This document shows, piece after piece, positions 1-9,387 of a stretch of 64,000 nucleotides of DNA. Position 1 is the stretch's first letter. Each line of letters opens with the position of its first letter. Made by a program: the position numbers and the translations under genes. Source of the DNA: Candidatus Woesearchaeota archaeon (GTDB taxonomy: Archaea > Nanobdellota > Nanobdellia > Woesearchaeales > UBA583). The notes under the pieces were generated by a model that saw only the letters and a program-made list of their open reading frames with translations, was not told the DNA's origin and did not search any database. Location: the NCBI GenBank assembly GCA_965205335.1, contig OZ242164.1:224001-288000 (forward strand). Reading direction: 5' to 3'.

Positions 1-99
1 AGAATATTCTGAATAAAAATTAAGATTATGGGATAAAATTTCGTAATATTTTTAATATTAAATCTCAAAATTTCCTAAAAACAACAAACTTATAAATAT

Positions 100-678
100 G
101 TGTCTCTTAACAGTAGTAATGTGGCATTATATGACAGAATACTTTTTAGGAATAAAACATTCCATCTTCTATCACCTATCACTAAGAAAGAATTCATTGG
201 AAATATGTCTTTAAGGTCGGCAAGTAAAAGAGATTTAACTTATTACATAAGTAGGTCCATCATGGGCTATAAAGACTATTCTGATATAAGAAACAAGCGA
301 GGAGAATTATATGTAATTAGGAAAACTACTGAGAAAGACAGGTGGTATGGAGTTCTAAAATTTGTAGCCTCTTCTAATCAACTTAAAGGACTTAATGAGA
401 ATTCCATAATTCAAATTATAGGACCAACATCATATAATCTTAATTGGGGAGTTTTTGAAGACGACCTAAATAAATTATATGAATCTATAAGCAATAAATT
501 AGAAGAAAACTTATATAGAGAACCTGAAAGAACTAAAATGATTAAAGGTAGAACATTGAATGTCTATAGAGATACAAAACAAGATAACAAGATAACTTAC
601 AGAGATCAAAATGACGCAGAATATAGATCTTCAGATGGGCAGGTAGACAGACAATTAAAACTAAATTTCTCAACCTGA
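100..678 (+). CDS. hypothetical protein
   Basis: 192-aa ORF (GTG start) with a TATA-like cttataaat just upstream; no recognisable motif. Confidence 0.55.
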   Translation: MSLNSSNVALYDRILFRNKTFHLLSPITKKEFIGNMSLRSASKRDLTYYISRSIMGYKDYSDIRNKRGELYVIRKTTEKDRWYGVLKFVASSNQLKGLNENSIIQIIGPTSYNLNWGVFEDDLNKLYESISNKLEENLYREPERTKMIKGRTLNVYRDTKQDNKITYRDQNDAEYRSSDGQVDRQLKLNFST

Positions 679-698
679 TCTCTACAAAAACAGAATAT

Positions 699-1514
699 TT
701 AAACTCTACTTTTAAAAATTGAAGAAAAAGGAATCGATAATAAAAACAAACCAATCAAATTCATTACAATAGTTGCTCCTACTGGCAAATCAAAAAGATA
801 TGAACTAAAAATTCCAAGATAAATCCCTAATACACATGCAACACACGAAATCACAATTGACGCCTTAAACGACTTACCAATTCTTAACCCGATTAACGCT
901 GGAATAACCAACAAAGCCGAAACCAATAAAATACCTACCACCCTAACAGAAATAACAACAGTAATGGCGCAAAGAACAATAAACACCTTATCTATTAACT
1001 CAACTTTCTTATTTCTAACCTTTGCAACATCAGAATTAAAAGCCAAATAAAGCAAACTCTTATAATTAAAAAAATAAAAAATACAAATCAGAATTAAAAC
1101 AATTATTGCAATAACAATATCAAAATAACTAATTGTAAGGATTGAACCAAACAAATATGAAAAAATATCAGTATTCATCTTATCTGCAATACTAATTAAT
1201 ATCAATGCAAAAGCCAACCCAAAAGACAAAATAAGAGCAATAGCACTCTCCCCATACAACTTTAACTTATTCACTAATCTATCAATTCCCAAAGATGCAA
1301 TAGTTACAAATCCCAAAGCCATAAGCATTGGATTAAAACCTGTTACAAACCCAAGAGCAATCCCCCCAAACGAAGCATGTGCAAACGAATCCCCTAAAAG
1401 AGATAACCTTTTCAAAATCAGAAAAACTCCAATCAACGCTGTAGCAATCCCTATAACTAACCCTCCAAGCAATGCCCTTTGCATAAAACCATAAGATAAA
1501 ACCTCAAAAACCAT
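699..1514 (-). CDS. znuB: Zn/Mn ABC transporter permease (ZnuB/ABC-3 family)
   Basis: Hydrophobic; LLGDSFAHASFGG, YLFGSIL and VVGILLVSALLVIPA motifs; in an operon with ATPase and solute-binding protein. Confidence 0.92.
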   Translation of the reverse strand: MVFEVLSYGFMQRALLGGLVIGIATALIGVFLILKRLSLLGDSFAHASFGGIALGFVTGFNPMLMALGFVTIASLGIDRLVNKLKLYGESAIALILSFGLAFALILISIADKMNTDIFSYLFGSILTISYFDIVIAIIVLILICIFYFFNYKSLLYLAFNSDVAKVRNKKVELIDKVFIVLCAITVVISVRVVGILLVSALLVIPALIGLRIGKSFKASIVISCVACVLGIYLGIFSSYLFDLPVGATIVMNLIGLFLLSIPFSSIFKSRV

Positions 1515-1515
1515 T

Positions 1516-2217
1516 TTAACTATGTCCTCTATGCTTATGACTTAACTCATGAAAACTATCCCCATAAGTAGAATATAACAATGAGTGAATATTCTTAGCA
1601 TCATCAACACATACCTTCTTATCATGAATACATACTATCTTCGTAAAATAACTTGAAATCATCCCTGTATCGTGTGTAACAAAAAGAATAGTCAAATTCC
1701 TTTCCTTATTTAACTTCTTTAACAATTTATAAAAATCCTCCTGAGTCTTTGTATCAACCCCAACCGTTGGCTCATCTAAAATTAGAATATCAGGATTAGA
1801 CAATAATGACAAAGCAATCATTACTCTTTGAGCCTGTCCTCCCGACAAATTCTTAAACTGCTTATCCTCAAAATTTGAAACTCCCAGACTCTTCAAAACA
1901 TCATCTCTTAAAGAACAATCACAACACTCCAAATCTAAAATCTCCTTAACCCTTGCAGGAAAATTAGAATCATAATTAAATTTCTGAGGAATATAAGATA
2001 ACCTACCATTAACCTTAATACTTGATTTCTTTGCCCTAAGCAAACCTAAGATTATCTTAACAAGAGTAGATTTCCCTGTCCCATTTGAACCAATAACTGC
2101 AACCAAATCTCCTTTATTAATTGAAAAGGAAACATTCTCTAAAACATTCTCCAAATCATTAAAAGAATACGTCAAATTCCTTACACTAATTATTGTTTTC
2201 ACTGTTTTTCTTTTCAT
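1516..2217 (-). CDS. znuC: Zn/Mn ABC transporter ATP-binding protein
   Basis: Walker A GSNGTGKST, signature LSGGQAQR, Walker B LILDEPT, His-rich C-terminus. Confidence 0.92.
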   Translation of the reverse strand: MKRKTVKTIISVRNLTYSFNDLENVLENVSFSINKGDLVAVIGSNGTGKSTLVKIILGLLRAKKSSIKVNGRLSYIPQKFNYDSNFPARVKEILDLECCDCSLRDDVLKSLGVSNFEDKQFKNLSGGQAQRVMIALSLLSNPDILILDEPTVGVDTKTQEDFYKLLKKLNKERNLTILFVTHDTGMISSYFTKIVCIHDKKVCVDDAKNIHSLLYSTYGDSFHELSHKHRGHS

Positions 2218-2290
2218 TTTCTAACTCTAACAAATCCAAAGCAAATTAAAAAGATATTGATTAACCATTTTAATATAAAACCTTCAAAAA

Positions 2291-3295
2291 TCAATTCATA
2301 TGACAATCAAGACCTATCTTCAAATTATTTAAATTACCTCTCATAATTGAAAAATAATCCTCATTCTCATTCATCTTTAAAGGATTTAATTCCAGAACTT
2401 CTGCTCCAATATCATTTGCAATAGTCTGTGCAGTTTTAGGATCTAACTGTCCTTCTGAGAAAATATACTTTAAATTATTCTCTCTTGCAACATTTATAAC
2501 TCTTTGAATTGTTTTAGGTGAAGGTTCACTCTGGGGAGAAAACCCAGAAATACTAACCTGTTCAAATCCATACTCATTAGCCAAATATCCAAAAGCTTTA
2601 TGATTTACAATTATTTTATCATTACTACAATTTGAAAGCCCCAAATCAAATTCCTCTTCCAACTCTCTAAGTTTCTCTAAATAAACTTCTGAATTCTCAG
2701 AATAAATCTGTGCATTTTGGGGATACATCTCACTTAAATGCTCTTCAATTTCCCTTGTCATCTTTTCCATATTATGAATTGATAACCAAACATGTGGATC
2801 ATATTCCTCACTATCATATTCATTAGATTCTTTGTCATCATGTCCTTGTTCATCCTCTTCACTTTCATCATATCTATGTTCATCTTCATCCAACTCCTTA
2901 TTATAATCTTCATTCTCTCCAACTAATTCTAACGTATGAGTTGCATCAATCATTTTAATGTCTGAATTTGCATCAAGTATCTTTTCTTCTATATTTTCAA
3001 AACCCCCACCCATTACAATAAAAACATCTGCTTTTGACAAAGAAACAACCTGAGTTGGCGTTGGTTCATAACTATGAGGATCAACTCCCACTGGAACTAA
3101 AACCAATACTTCCGCACTATCAAGAGCAATTGCTTCTGTAATCTCCTGAACTGGATAAAACGTCACAACAAAAATCTGATTATCCAATGCAACCTCTGAA
3201 CTATCCAAACTTGAAGAATTTACCTGAGCACACCCTGCAAAAAATAAAACAACAAACGCAAATAACAAACCCAACAAAACAAATTCTCTTTTCAT
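2291..3295 (-). CDS. znuA: Zn ABC transporter substrate-binding lipoprotein
   Basis: Lipobox FAGC; DPHSYEP, DPHVWL and HKAFGYL metal-binding motifs; acidic/His loop. Confidence 0.92.
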   Translation of the reverse strand: MKREFVLLGLLFAFVVLFFAGCAQVNSSSLDSSEVALDNQIFVVTFYPVQEITEAIALDSAEVLVLVPVGVDPHSYEPTPTQVVSLSKADVFIVMGGGFENIEEKILDANSDIKMIDATHTLELVGENEDYNKELDEDEHRYDESEEDEQGHDDKESNEYDSEEYDPHVWLSIHNMEKMTREIEEHLSEMYPQNAQIYSENSEVYLEKLRELEEEFDLGLSNCSNDKIIVNHKAFGYLANEYGFEQVSISGFSPQSEPSPKTIQRVINVARENNLKYIFSEGQLDPKTAQTIANDIGAEVLELNPLKMNENEDYFSIMRGNLNNLKIGLDCHMN

Positions 3296-3326
3296 ATATA
3301 CTAATGATTTCGTTAAGTTTATAAGT

Positions 3327-3345
3327 ATTATTAATTCTCATTATC
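3327..3345. promoter_or_regulatory. Fur-box-like operator in the divergent znuA/fur promoter
   Basis: Minus strand reads GATAATGAGAATTAATAAT, 14/19 identical to the Fur box GATAATGATAATCATTATC, next to the shared TATA tttataa; the AT-rich background weakens the match. Confidence 0.4.
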
Positions 3346-3351
3346 AGTAAG

Positions 3352-3717
3352 ATGAACCAAAGCAGAAATACAATCCAGAAAAAAATAATAGAACAGGAAA
3401 TAGACAACATAAAAACTTTCTTTTCAGCAGAAGACCTTTTAGAAAAAGTGTCTCAGAAAAATAGAAAAATAGGAATTGCAACCATCTATCGGCACTTAAA
3501 AACTTTAAGAAAAAACGAAGAAATATATTCCTACTCCTGTTTGGGGAAAACCGTTTACTCAAATACTAAAAGAAGTCACTGTCATTTCTTATGCACAAAA
3601 ACAGGAAAAGTGATTCACTTTGACATAAAAAACTTAGATTTTCTAAAAGATAACATCCCAGGAGAAATTGAAAGTTTTCAGATTGAAGTTAAAGGAATTC
3701 ACAAAGATTCAGAATAA
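3352..3717 (+). CDS. Fur-family metalloregulator (Zur-like by context)
   Basis: FSAEDLL...IGIATIYRHL helix-turn-helix and HCHFLC motif; divergent from znuABC. Confidence 0.85.
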   Translation: MNQSRNTIQKKIIEQEIDNIKTFFSAEDLLEKVSQKNRKIGIATIYRHLKTLRKNEEIYSYSCLGKTVYSNTKRSHCHFLCTKTGKVIHFDIKNLDFLKDNIPGEIESFQIEVKGIHKDSE

Positions 3718-3767
3718 ACCAAACCTAAAAAAACAATCATTATAAATAAACATTTACTATTACTAAT

Positions 3768-4097
3768 ATGTCTATATTTGGAAAATCATGTTTTGAATGC
3801 GGGAAAAAAACAAAATCTCTTATCTGTGGAAAATGTCACAAATGCTACAAGAAATCCTATCCTCCTGTTAAAGAAATCAAACCAATTAATCTTAAAATAT
3901 GCAACCAATGTAAAAAAATCCATATCAACAATTCCCTTCACACTCTTGATGAAATCAAAAAAATTCTGCCAAACATAATGAAAAAAAAAATTACATTAAA
4001 CGAAGGATACACACTAAAAAACATCTCCATAACAGACATAGGACTTGAAGGAAACAAATTAGTATTTAGTATGAAAATTAAAACTGATATAAAATAA
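3768..4097 (+). CDS. NMD3-like zinc-finger protein, N-terminal part only
   Basis: CxxCG..CxxCY..CxxC spacing as in the N-terminus of archaeal NMD3; only 109 aa. Confidence 0.55.
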   Translation: MSIFGKSCFECGKKTKSLICGKCHKCYKKSYPPVKEIKPINLKICNQCKKIHINNSLHTLDEIKKILPNIMKKKITLNEGYTLKNISITDIGLEGNKLVFSMKIKTDIK

Positions 4098-4161
4098 ACC
4101 TAATATTTCTTATCCCACAGTTAAAATAAATTCATATTAAACACCCATCACTTGTAACTTT

Positions 4162-4650
4162 ATGAATTTTCCTAATCCATTTAAGAAAAAAGAAGATAGA
4201 GAATATAAACTAAATACAACACATCTTCCATCACTAAGTGATATGGGAACAGACAAGCCACAAGAGAATCCTCTAAACTCTCCTGTTTCTGCAATGCCAA
4301 CTTTTGGTTCTTCAAGTTCATTTGGGAGTACATCCCCTATCACTGATAAGCACGAGTACGATACACATGATTTTTCATCTTCAACACCAATTAAATCATT
4401 AAGTTCAGGGTTCAATCCTGAGCCAACAAACAACAGTTCAAATGAGAGCAACTCAGACAACAGCATCCACGTAGAAATAACTAAAACAAAAATTGACACA
4501 CTTGAAGCAAAAATCACATTAATTGGAGCCAAACTAAATAATATAGAACAAAAATTAGAATTAATCTTTCAGATGATGGAAAACGAAGTATCAGAAGAAA
4601 CCAGAAGAAAGATAAGGGTTGACTCAATGATGAACAAAATCAGGGGTTGA
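4162..4650 (+). CDS. hypothetical protein with Ser/Pro-rich disordered middle and C-terminal coiled coil
   Basis: 162-aa ORF with + strand codon bias; heptad pattern IDTLEAKITLIGAKLNNIEQKL. Confidence 0.7.
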   Translation: MNFPNPFKKKEDREYKLNTTHLPSLSDMGTDKPQENPLNSPVSAMPTFGSSSSFGSTSPITDKHEYDTHDFSSSTPIKSLSSGFNPEPTNNSSNESNSDNSIHVEITKTKIDTLEAKITLIGAKLNNIEQKLELIFQMMENEVSEETRRKIRVDSMMNKIRG

Positions 4651-4686
4651 ATCTAAAGGATTTACAGTTAGTTAAAAACAAAAAAA

Positions 4687-5436
4687 TTATCTCATCTCAT
4701 TCCATTTCTTAGTTGAATACTTCTCTTCTGAAAGTTCCTTTGCTCTTATAATCTCTTCCTCACTATAATCCCTAATTTCCAGATTATACCTCTTTCTAAA
4801 AGAATTCTCCAAAGCATTACAAACAGAATCAAAACCAACATCAACTTCATCACTAATCGAAGTTACCCTCTTCTTAACAGAACTTATTAATTTATCTGCA
4901 ATCTTCTCCTTCCCAACACTCAAAAGAGAAAACATCTTGTCAACATCAACCTTAAACAAAAGAGTTCCGTGCTGAAGAAGTATCCCTTCCCTTCTTGTCT
5001 GAGCACTTCCTGAAATCTTTCTTCCATTAACTATAATATCATTTATCGGAGAAAAAACTGCCTTTATCCCAATTTCAGACAAAGCATTAATTAACACATT
5101 GCAAATCTCCTCATACGAGTCGCGAATATTTTTGCTAAAATAACTATCAGGAGCAATAACTGAATACGTAATCTCACCTAGTACATCATGATAAACTGCT
5201 CCTCCTCCAGTTCTTCGGCGAACAATATCAACCCCTTCTCTAATACATTCCTCCTCATTTACCTCAATATGATAACCTTGAAAATAACCAATAGAAATTG
5301 CAGAAGGTTTCCATGTATATATCCTGATTGTAGGATTTGACTTTTTAGAACGAACACTCTCGCAAATTGCCTCATCCAAAGCCATATTCATATAAGCATC
5401 AAATTCCTTTTGCCTTATGAACCTAAACTTATTCAT
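4687..5436 (-). CDS. lplA: lipoate-protein ligase A, catalytic subunit
   Basis: NMALDEAI, RRRTGGGAVYHD, NDIIVNGRKISGSAQ, QHGTLL motifs. Confidence 0.92.
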   Translation of the reverse strand: MNKFRFIRQKEFDAYMNMALDEAICESVRSKKSNPTIRIYTWKPSAISIGYFQGYHIEVNEEECIREGVDIVRRRTGGGAVYHDVLGEITYSVIAPDSYFSKNIRDSYEEICNVLINALSEIGIKAVFSPINDIIVNGRKISGSAQTRREGILLQHGTLLFKVDVDKMFSLLSVGKEKIADKLISSVKKRVTSISDEVDVGFDSVCNALENSFRKRYNLEIRDYSEEEIIRAKELSEEKYSTKKWNEMR

Positions 5437-5719
5437 TTGAAATCACCTCTAAAATTGCATTTGCAATATCATCTGAACTAACCCCAATTAAACTAGCATT
5501 TCTGCTTGAAAGAGCCCCATCAATCTTATCCTTTAACTCACCGCAAGAAATATCAGAACGAACGCCATTTAATACACTCTCAATATCAGTTATTGTTTCC
5601 TCTGGATGCAAAAAAAAATCCCCAGTAATCTTAATTTTCTCAATCTTAGAATCAAAATCCAAATCAATTCTAAACAACTTTCCTCCCTCAACCTTTTTCG
5701 TTATAGTTTTTAAAACCAT
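5429..5719 (-). CDS. lipoate-protein ligase accessory C-terminal-domain subunit (LplB-like)
   Basis: KVEGGKL...IKITGDFFLHPEE motif; start moved to ATG 5719 (MVLKTITKK) to avoid the lipA promoter. Confidence 0.85.
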   Translation of the reverse strand: MVLKTITKKVEGGKLFRIDLDFDSKIEKIKITGDFFLHPEETITDIESVLNGVRSDISCGELKDKIDGALSSRNASLIGVSSDDIANAILEVISNE

Positions 5720-5806
5720 AACTTTGCATATTCCATATATTTTATAAAATTTTCCAACTAACCCAAAGTAAAAGAACTTTATAATATCTAAAAAAATAAA
5801 AAGCAT

Positions 5807-6679
5807 ATGAAACAAAAGCCAGACTGGATAAGATACAAACTTTCTCTAAACAACGACTATTCCAAAATTAAAAATGCTTTAAGAAAAAGAGGATTAGTTA
5901 CTGTATGCGAAGAGGCAAGATGCCCAAACATTTCACAGTGCTGGGACAAAGAAGGAACTGCGACATTCATGCTCTTAGGGGATACATGCACAAGAGGATG
6001 TAAATTCTGCGCCATTAAAACAGCAGTAAAAGGAAAGGAAATTGATAAAGATGAACCCTCAAAATTAGCCGATGCCATAGAAGAAATGGGGCTTGACTAT
6101 GCAGTTTTAACAGTTGTTGACAGAGATGACTTAGAAGATGGAGGAGCAAACCACATAGCAAATTCAATCAGAAAAATAAAAGAAAAATCAGAAGCATTTG
6201 TTGAAATCTTATCAGGAGACTTTGCAGGAGATTTAGACAACCTAAAAATAGTTATTGACTCAAACCCAGACGTATTCGCTCATAATATTGAAACTATAAA
6301 AAGACTTCAAAAAAAAGTAAGAGATCCAAGAGCTAATTATGAACAATCACTAATGATACTAAAACAAGCCAAGAAAATAAATCCTAACATAATAACAAAA
6401 TCATCAATAATCCTTGGATTTGGGGAAAATGAATTAGAAATATTCAAAACAATGATTGATTTAAGAAAAGTTGGCTGTGACATTTTAACACTTGGACAAT
6501 ATCTAAAACCAAAAAACTCAATACTTGATGTGTATGAATACATAACTCCTCAGAAATTCAATGACTACAAAATAATAGGAGAGAAATTAGGATTCAAATA
6601 TGTTGCAAGTGCCCCATTTGTCAGGTCATCATATATGGCAGGGGAATTATTTGTTAAAAATATTTTACTAAACAAATAA
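5807..6679 (+). CDS. lipA: lipoyl synthase (radical SAM)
   Basis: CEEARCPNISQC auxiliary cluster motif, CTRGCKFC radical-SAM motif, C-terminal VRSSY. Confidence 0.95.
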   Translation: MKQKPDWIRYKLSLNNDYSKIKNALRKRGLVTVCEEARCPNISQCWDKEGTATFMLLGDTCTRGCKFCAIKTAVKGKEIDKDEPSKLADAIEEMGLDYAVLTVVDRDDLEDGGANHIANSIRKIKEKSEAFVEILSGDFAGDLDNLKIVIDSNPDVFAHNIETIKRLQKKVRDPRANYEQSLMILKQAKKINPNIITKSSIILGFGENELEIFKTMIDLRKVGCDILTLGQYLKPKNSILDVYEYITPQKFNDYKIIGEKLGFKYVASAPFVRSSYMAGELFVKNILLNK

Positions 6680-6734
6680 GAAAAATTCACCCTACTTAAC
6701 AATAGAAATAAAAAATATGAAGCCCACAAACACT

Positions 6735-6845
6735 AACCCAAATGCTCATAGCAGGACTTAGACGTCATATACTTGCAAAAGGATCCTCTGTGGAGGGCTT
6801 TACATCCCGTTGAAGAGTAACGAATTCTTCCATTGGGACAAACAT
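6735..6845 (-). ncRNA. candidate structured ncRNA (possibly a degenerate 5S rRNA)
   Basis: GC-richer island in an AT-rich spacer, TATA (TTTATATA, 6862-6869) upstream on the minus strand, several complementary stems. Confidence 0.45.
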
Positions 6846-6976
6846 AACAAACAATATCTATTATATAAAGATATTCCTTCAAATTACTTAAAGATAAGTG
6901 CCATTAATTATACACAAGAAAATTTAACCACATCTCCATCATATTTCTGAAACACCAATAAAAATTTAGCCAGAAA

Positions 6977-7876
6977 CTAATCATAATGCTTTGTAGGAAT
7001 CACAAAATAACCACAACCTAAATTTATATTATTATTTCCTGAATAATCCTCTGGCAAAGCAGGAAAACTCTCATTTATTATCTCAAACTCTTCATTCTCA
7101 GTCCTCCATTCCTGAATAATAACACCACTCACAGAATCTGTTGCAGAATCCGAAACTAAATAATTTATATTTCTCACAAAAAAATTTCCATACTTTGATG
7201 CAAGTCTTGAAAAAAAAGTCTGAACTCTATTTACTCTAACTCCAATTACTTCTCCTGCATCTCCAAAAAATCCTCCACTCAAATCAGGTGAATTAGGGAG
7301 TCTGTATATAAAATAATATACCATCAAATTCTCCCCTTCCAAAACTGATAAATCTGAAAGAACACCCTGAGACAAAGTTACATCATTCAAATTAGATGTC
7401 TCTTGTTCCTTAAACAAATCCTCATAATCTTCATCACCATAAATCTTCTCAAGTTTAGAACCCAAATCAGATATATCATTCTCTGCTTTTGCAAAACCAC
7501 AAAATACACATATACTTTTTCCATAAGAATTTGCCGCCATAATATCTCTTCCATTTGCCATCTTATAATAACAATCCTTAGACAACTCTGCCAAAGGTTC
7601 TACATTTTTATTTCTTATCTCAATAGTCTTTGAAGGACAAGTACCTGCTAATGTCTTAATAAGAATTCCCTTAGGTTCTGTCAATCTATTAAAAAAAGTT
7701 TCATCAGGTTTCATATTATCCACAAAAAAATTACACTCAATTAAAGATGACTCATATTTTGAATCTCCTATCTGAAAACTAATGAATATTACCAAAACAA
7801 TAAATGAAAATATAGCAATTATTATAAGTAGAATCTTTGAATAAACTACATTTCCTTTTCTATCTAACTTATTCAT
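6977..7876 (-). CDS. membrane-anchored secreted protein with class III (pilin-like) signal peptide
   Basis: MNKLDRKG followed by a long hydrophobic stretch; paired Cys; probable start at ATG 7876 overlapping the ftsY stop. Confidence 0.65.
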   Translation of the reverse strand: MNKLDRKGNVVYSKILLIIIAIFSFIVLVIFISFQIGDSKYESSLIECNFFVDNMKPDETFFNRLTEPKGILIKTLAGTCPSKTIEIRNKNVEPLAELSKDCYYKMANGRDIMAANSYGKSICVFCGFAKAENDISDLGSKLEKIYGDEDYEDLFKEQETSNLNDVTLSQGVLSDLSVLEGENLMVYYFIYRLPNSPDLSGGFFGDAGEVIGVRVNRVQTFFSRLASKYGNFFVRNINYLVSDSATDSVSGVIIQEWRTENEEFEIINESFPALPEDYSGNNNINLGCGYFVIPTKHYD

Positions 7877-9125
7877 CTTCAATATCAAATAACTGCCTTG
7901 CAATTAATTTTGCATCAAATTCTAATAAATCATCATAACTCTGTCCATTGCCGAGAAAATATATAGGCCTATCTATTGAATACGCTGTTGTCACAATAGA
8001 GCCCGGCTTTTCATCCGTATCAACCTTTGTTAGAATTATACCATCAATCCCAACTCCCTTATCAAATAAATAAATCTGCTCTGTTAAATCATTTCCTGAA
8101 ATTAAGTCCCCAATAAAAACTGCCATCTGAGAATTAGCTACCCTTCTAATTTTTTGCAGTTCCATCATTAAATTTGAATTATTGGGCATTCTTCCAGCAG
8201 TATCAATTAAAACAACATCTATTTTCTTTGCTTTTGCATGCTCAATTGCATCATACGCTACTGCTGCTGGGTCTGAACCTTCTTTGTGCAATATTAACCT
8301 AAAATCCAAATTCTTTGAATGTTCCTCAAGTTGTTCAACAGCAGCAGCCCTAAAAGTATCAGATGCAGCAACCACAACAGACAAACCATTCTCCTTTAAG
8401 AAATTAACAATCTTTGCAATTGTTGTTGTCTTTCCCGTGCCATTCACACCAAGAATTAAAATTTTAACAGGAGACTCTTCCTCTCTCACTTCATTCAACC
8501 TTTCTAAAAAATCCCCTTCCCTATCTTTAAGAATTGTTTCAACTTCCTCCTCTAACACACTCCTGATTTTTTGAGACAACTTAAACCTGTTAAAAGAATT
8601 ATCCACAAGTTCTTCTTTTAATCTCTGCCCTATTTTTTCAACCACTTCATAAGCTATATTAATCTCAAGCAAAAACAACTCAAGTTCTAACCAGATTCTA
8701 TCAAAATCCTCCTCCTTTATCTTCTTTAACTTCAACTTTGTAAATACTTTTTTTAGAAACCCTTTTTTCTCTTCCTCTAAAACCTCTTGTTCTTCTTGCG
8801 TATTCTCCATGTCCTCTTCTATTTCTGCCAACTCCTCATCATCATAAGGCTCACCTACTTCATCTTTGGTTCTTGACCTTTTTCTATTCTGTCTCTTTGG
8901 TTCTTTTTTCTCATCAGAAACATCCTCTGAATCTTTTACATAATCATCCTCAAAATCTTCACTTTTCCTTTTTCCAAATATCCTCGACAAAATCCCCCTT
9001 TTCTCTTCTGGATTATCAGAAATTTCATCAACTGATACCTCCACTTCTTCATCAGGATTTTCCTCAATTATCTCCTCTGATTTCTCAAAAACATTCTTTA
9101 ATTTGTCTTTTATCTTTCCAAACAT
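7869..9125 (-). CDS. ftsY: signal recognition particle receptor FtsY
   Basis: Acidic N-terminal domain, GVNGTGKTTT, DTFRAAAVEQL, DTAGR, TKVD motifs. Confidence 0.96.
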   Translation of the reverse strand: MFGKIKDKLKNVFEKSEEIIEENPDEEVEVSVDEISDNPEEKRGILSRIFGKRKSEDFEDDYVKDSEDVSDEKKEPKRQNRKRSRTKDEVGEPYDDEELAEIEEDMENTQEEQEVLEEEKKGFLKKVFTKLKLKKIKEEDFDRIWLELELFLLEINIAYEVVEKIGQRLKEELVDNSFNRFKLSQKIRSVLEEEVETILKDREGDFLERLNEVREEESPVKILILGVNGTGKTTTIAKIVNFLKENGLSVVVAASDTFRAAAVEQLEEHSKNLDFRLILHKEGSDPAAVAYDAIEHAKAKKIDVVLIDTAGRMPNNSNLMMELQKIRRVANSQMAVFIGDLISGNDLTEQIYLFDKGVGIDGIILTKVDTDEKPGSIVTTAYSIDRPIYFLGNGQSYDDLLEFDAKLIARQLFDIEDE

Positions 9126-9142
9126 CTAATACTTCCAAACCT

Positions 9143-9185
9143 ATTACATTTATAAGTCTTAAGATTAACTTACACGAATTAATTT
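9143..9185 (+). repeat. direct repeat copy 1 (overlaps the ftsY TATA box)
   Basis: attacatttataagtcttaagattaacttacacgaattaattt; matches 12603-12645 with 5 mismatches. Confidence 0.8.
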
Positions 9186-9387
9186 AGAAATCTATTTTGA
9201 ACAATTTCAAAGCATATATAAAAAATTTATACTTATTTGTAACAAAACACTGTATATTTAAGTTACAATACCTCCTTCACTTCAACTTGTGAAATAATTA
9301 CAAAAGTTTTCTCCCTATACTTCTATCAGCATATCATTATGCTATGTTATTGGAATTTCTTCTCCTATCCCAATATCTCTTCTGGTA

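Noticed and set aside
6735-6845. FMN riboswitch (GUAAAGCCC, GAUCC and GAC..AGUCC echoes)
   Set aside because: Core AGGGC..GGUGAAAUUCC elements are missing and no gene lies downstream on that strand (lipA converges)
9143-9185. dif/Xer site
   Set aside because: No 11-6-11 inverted-arm arrangement could be fitted
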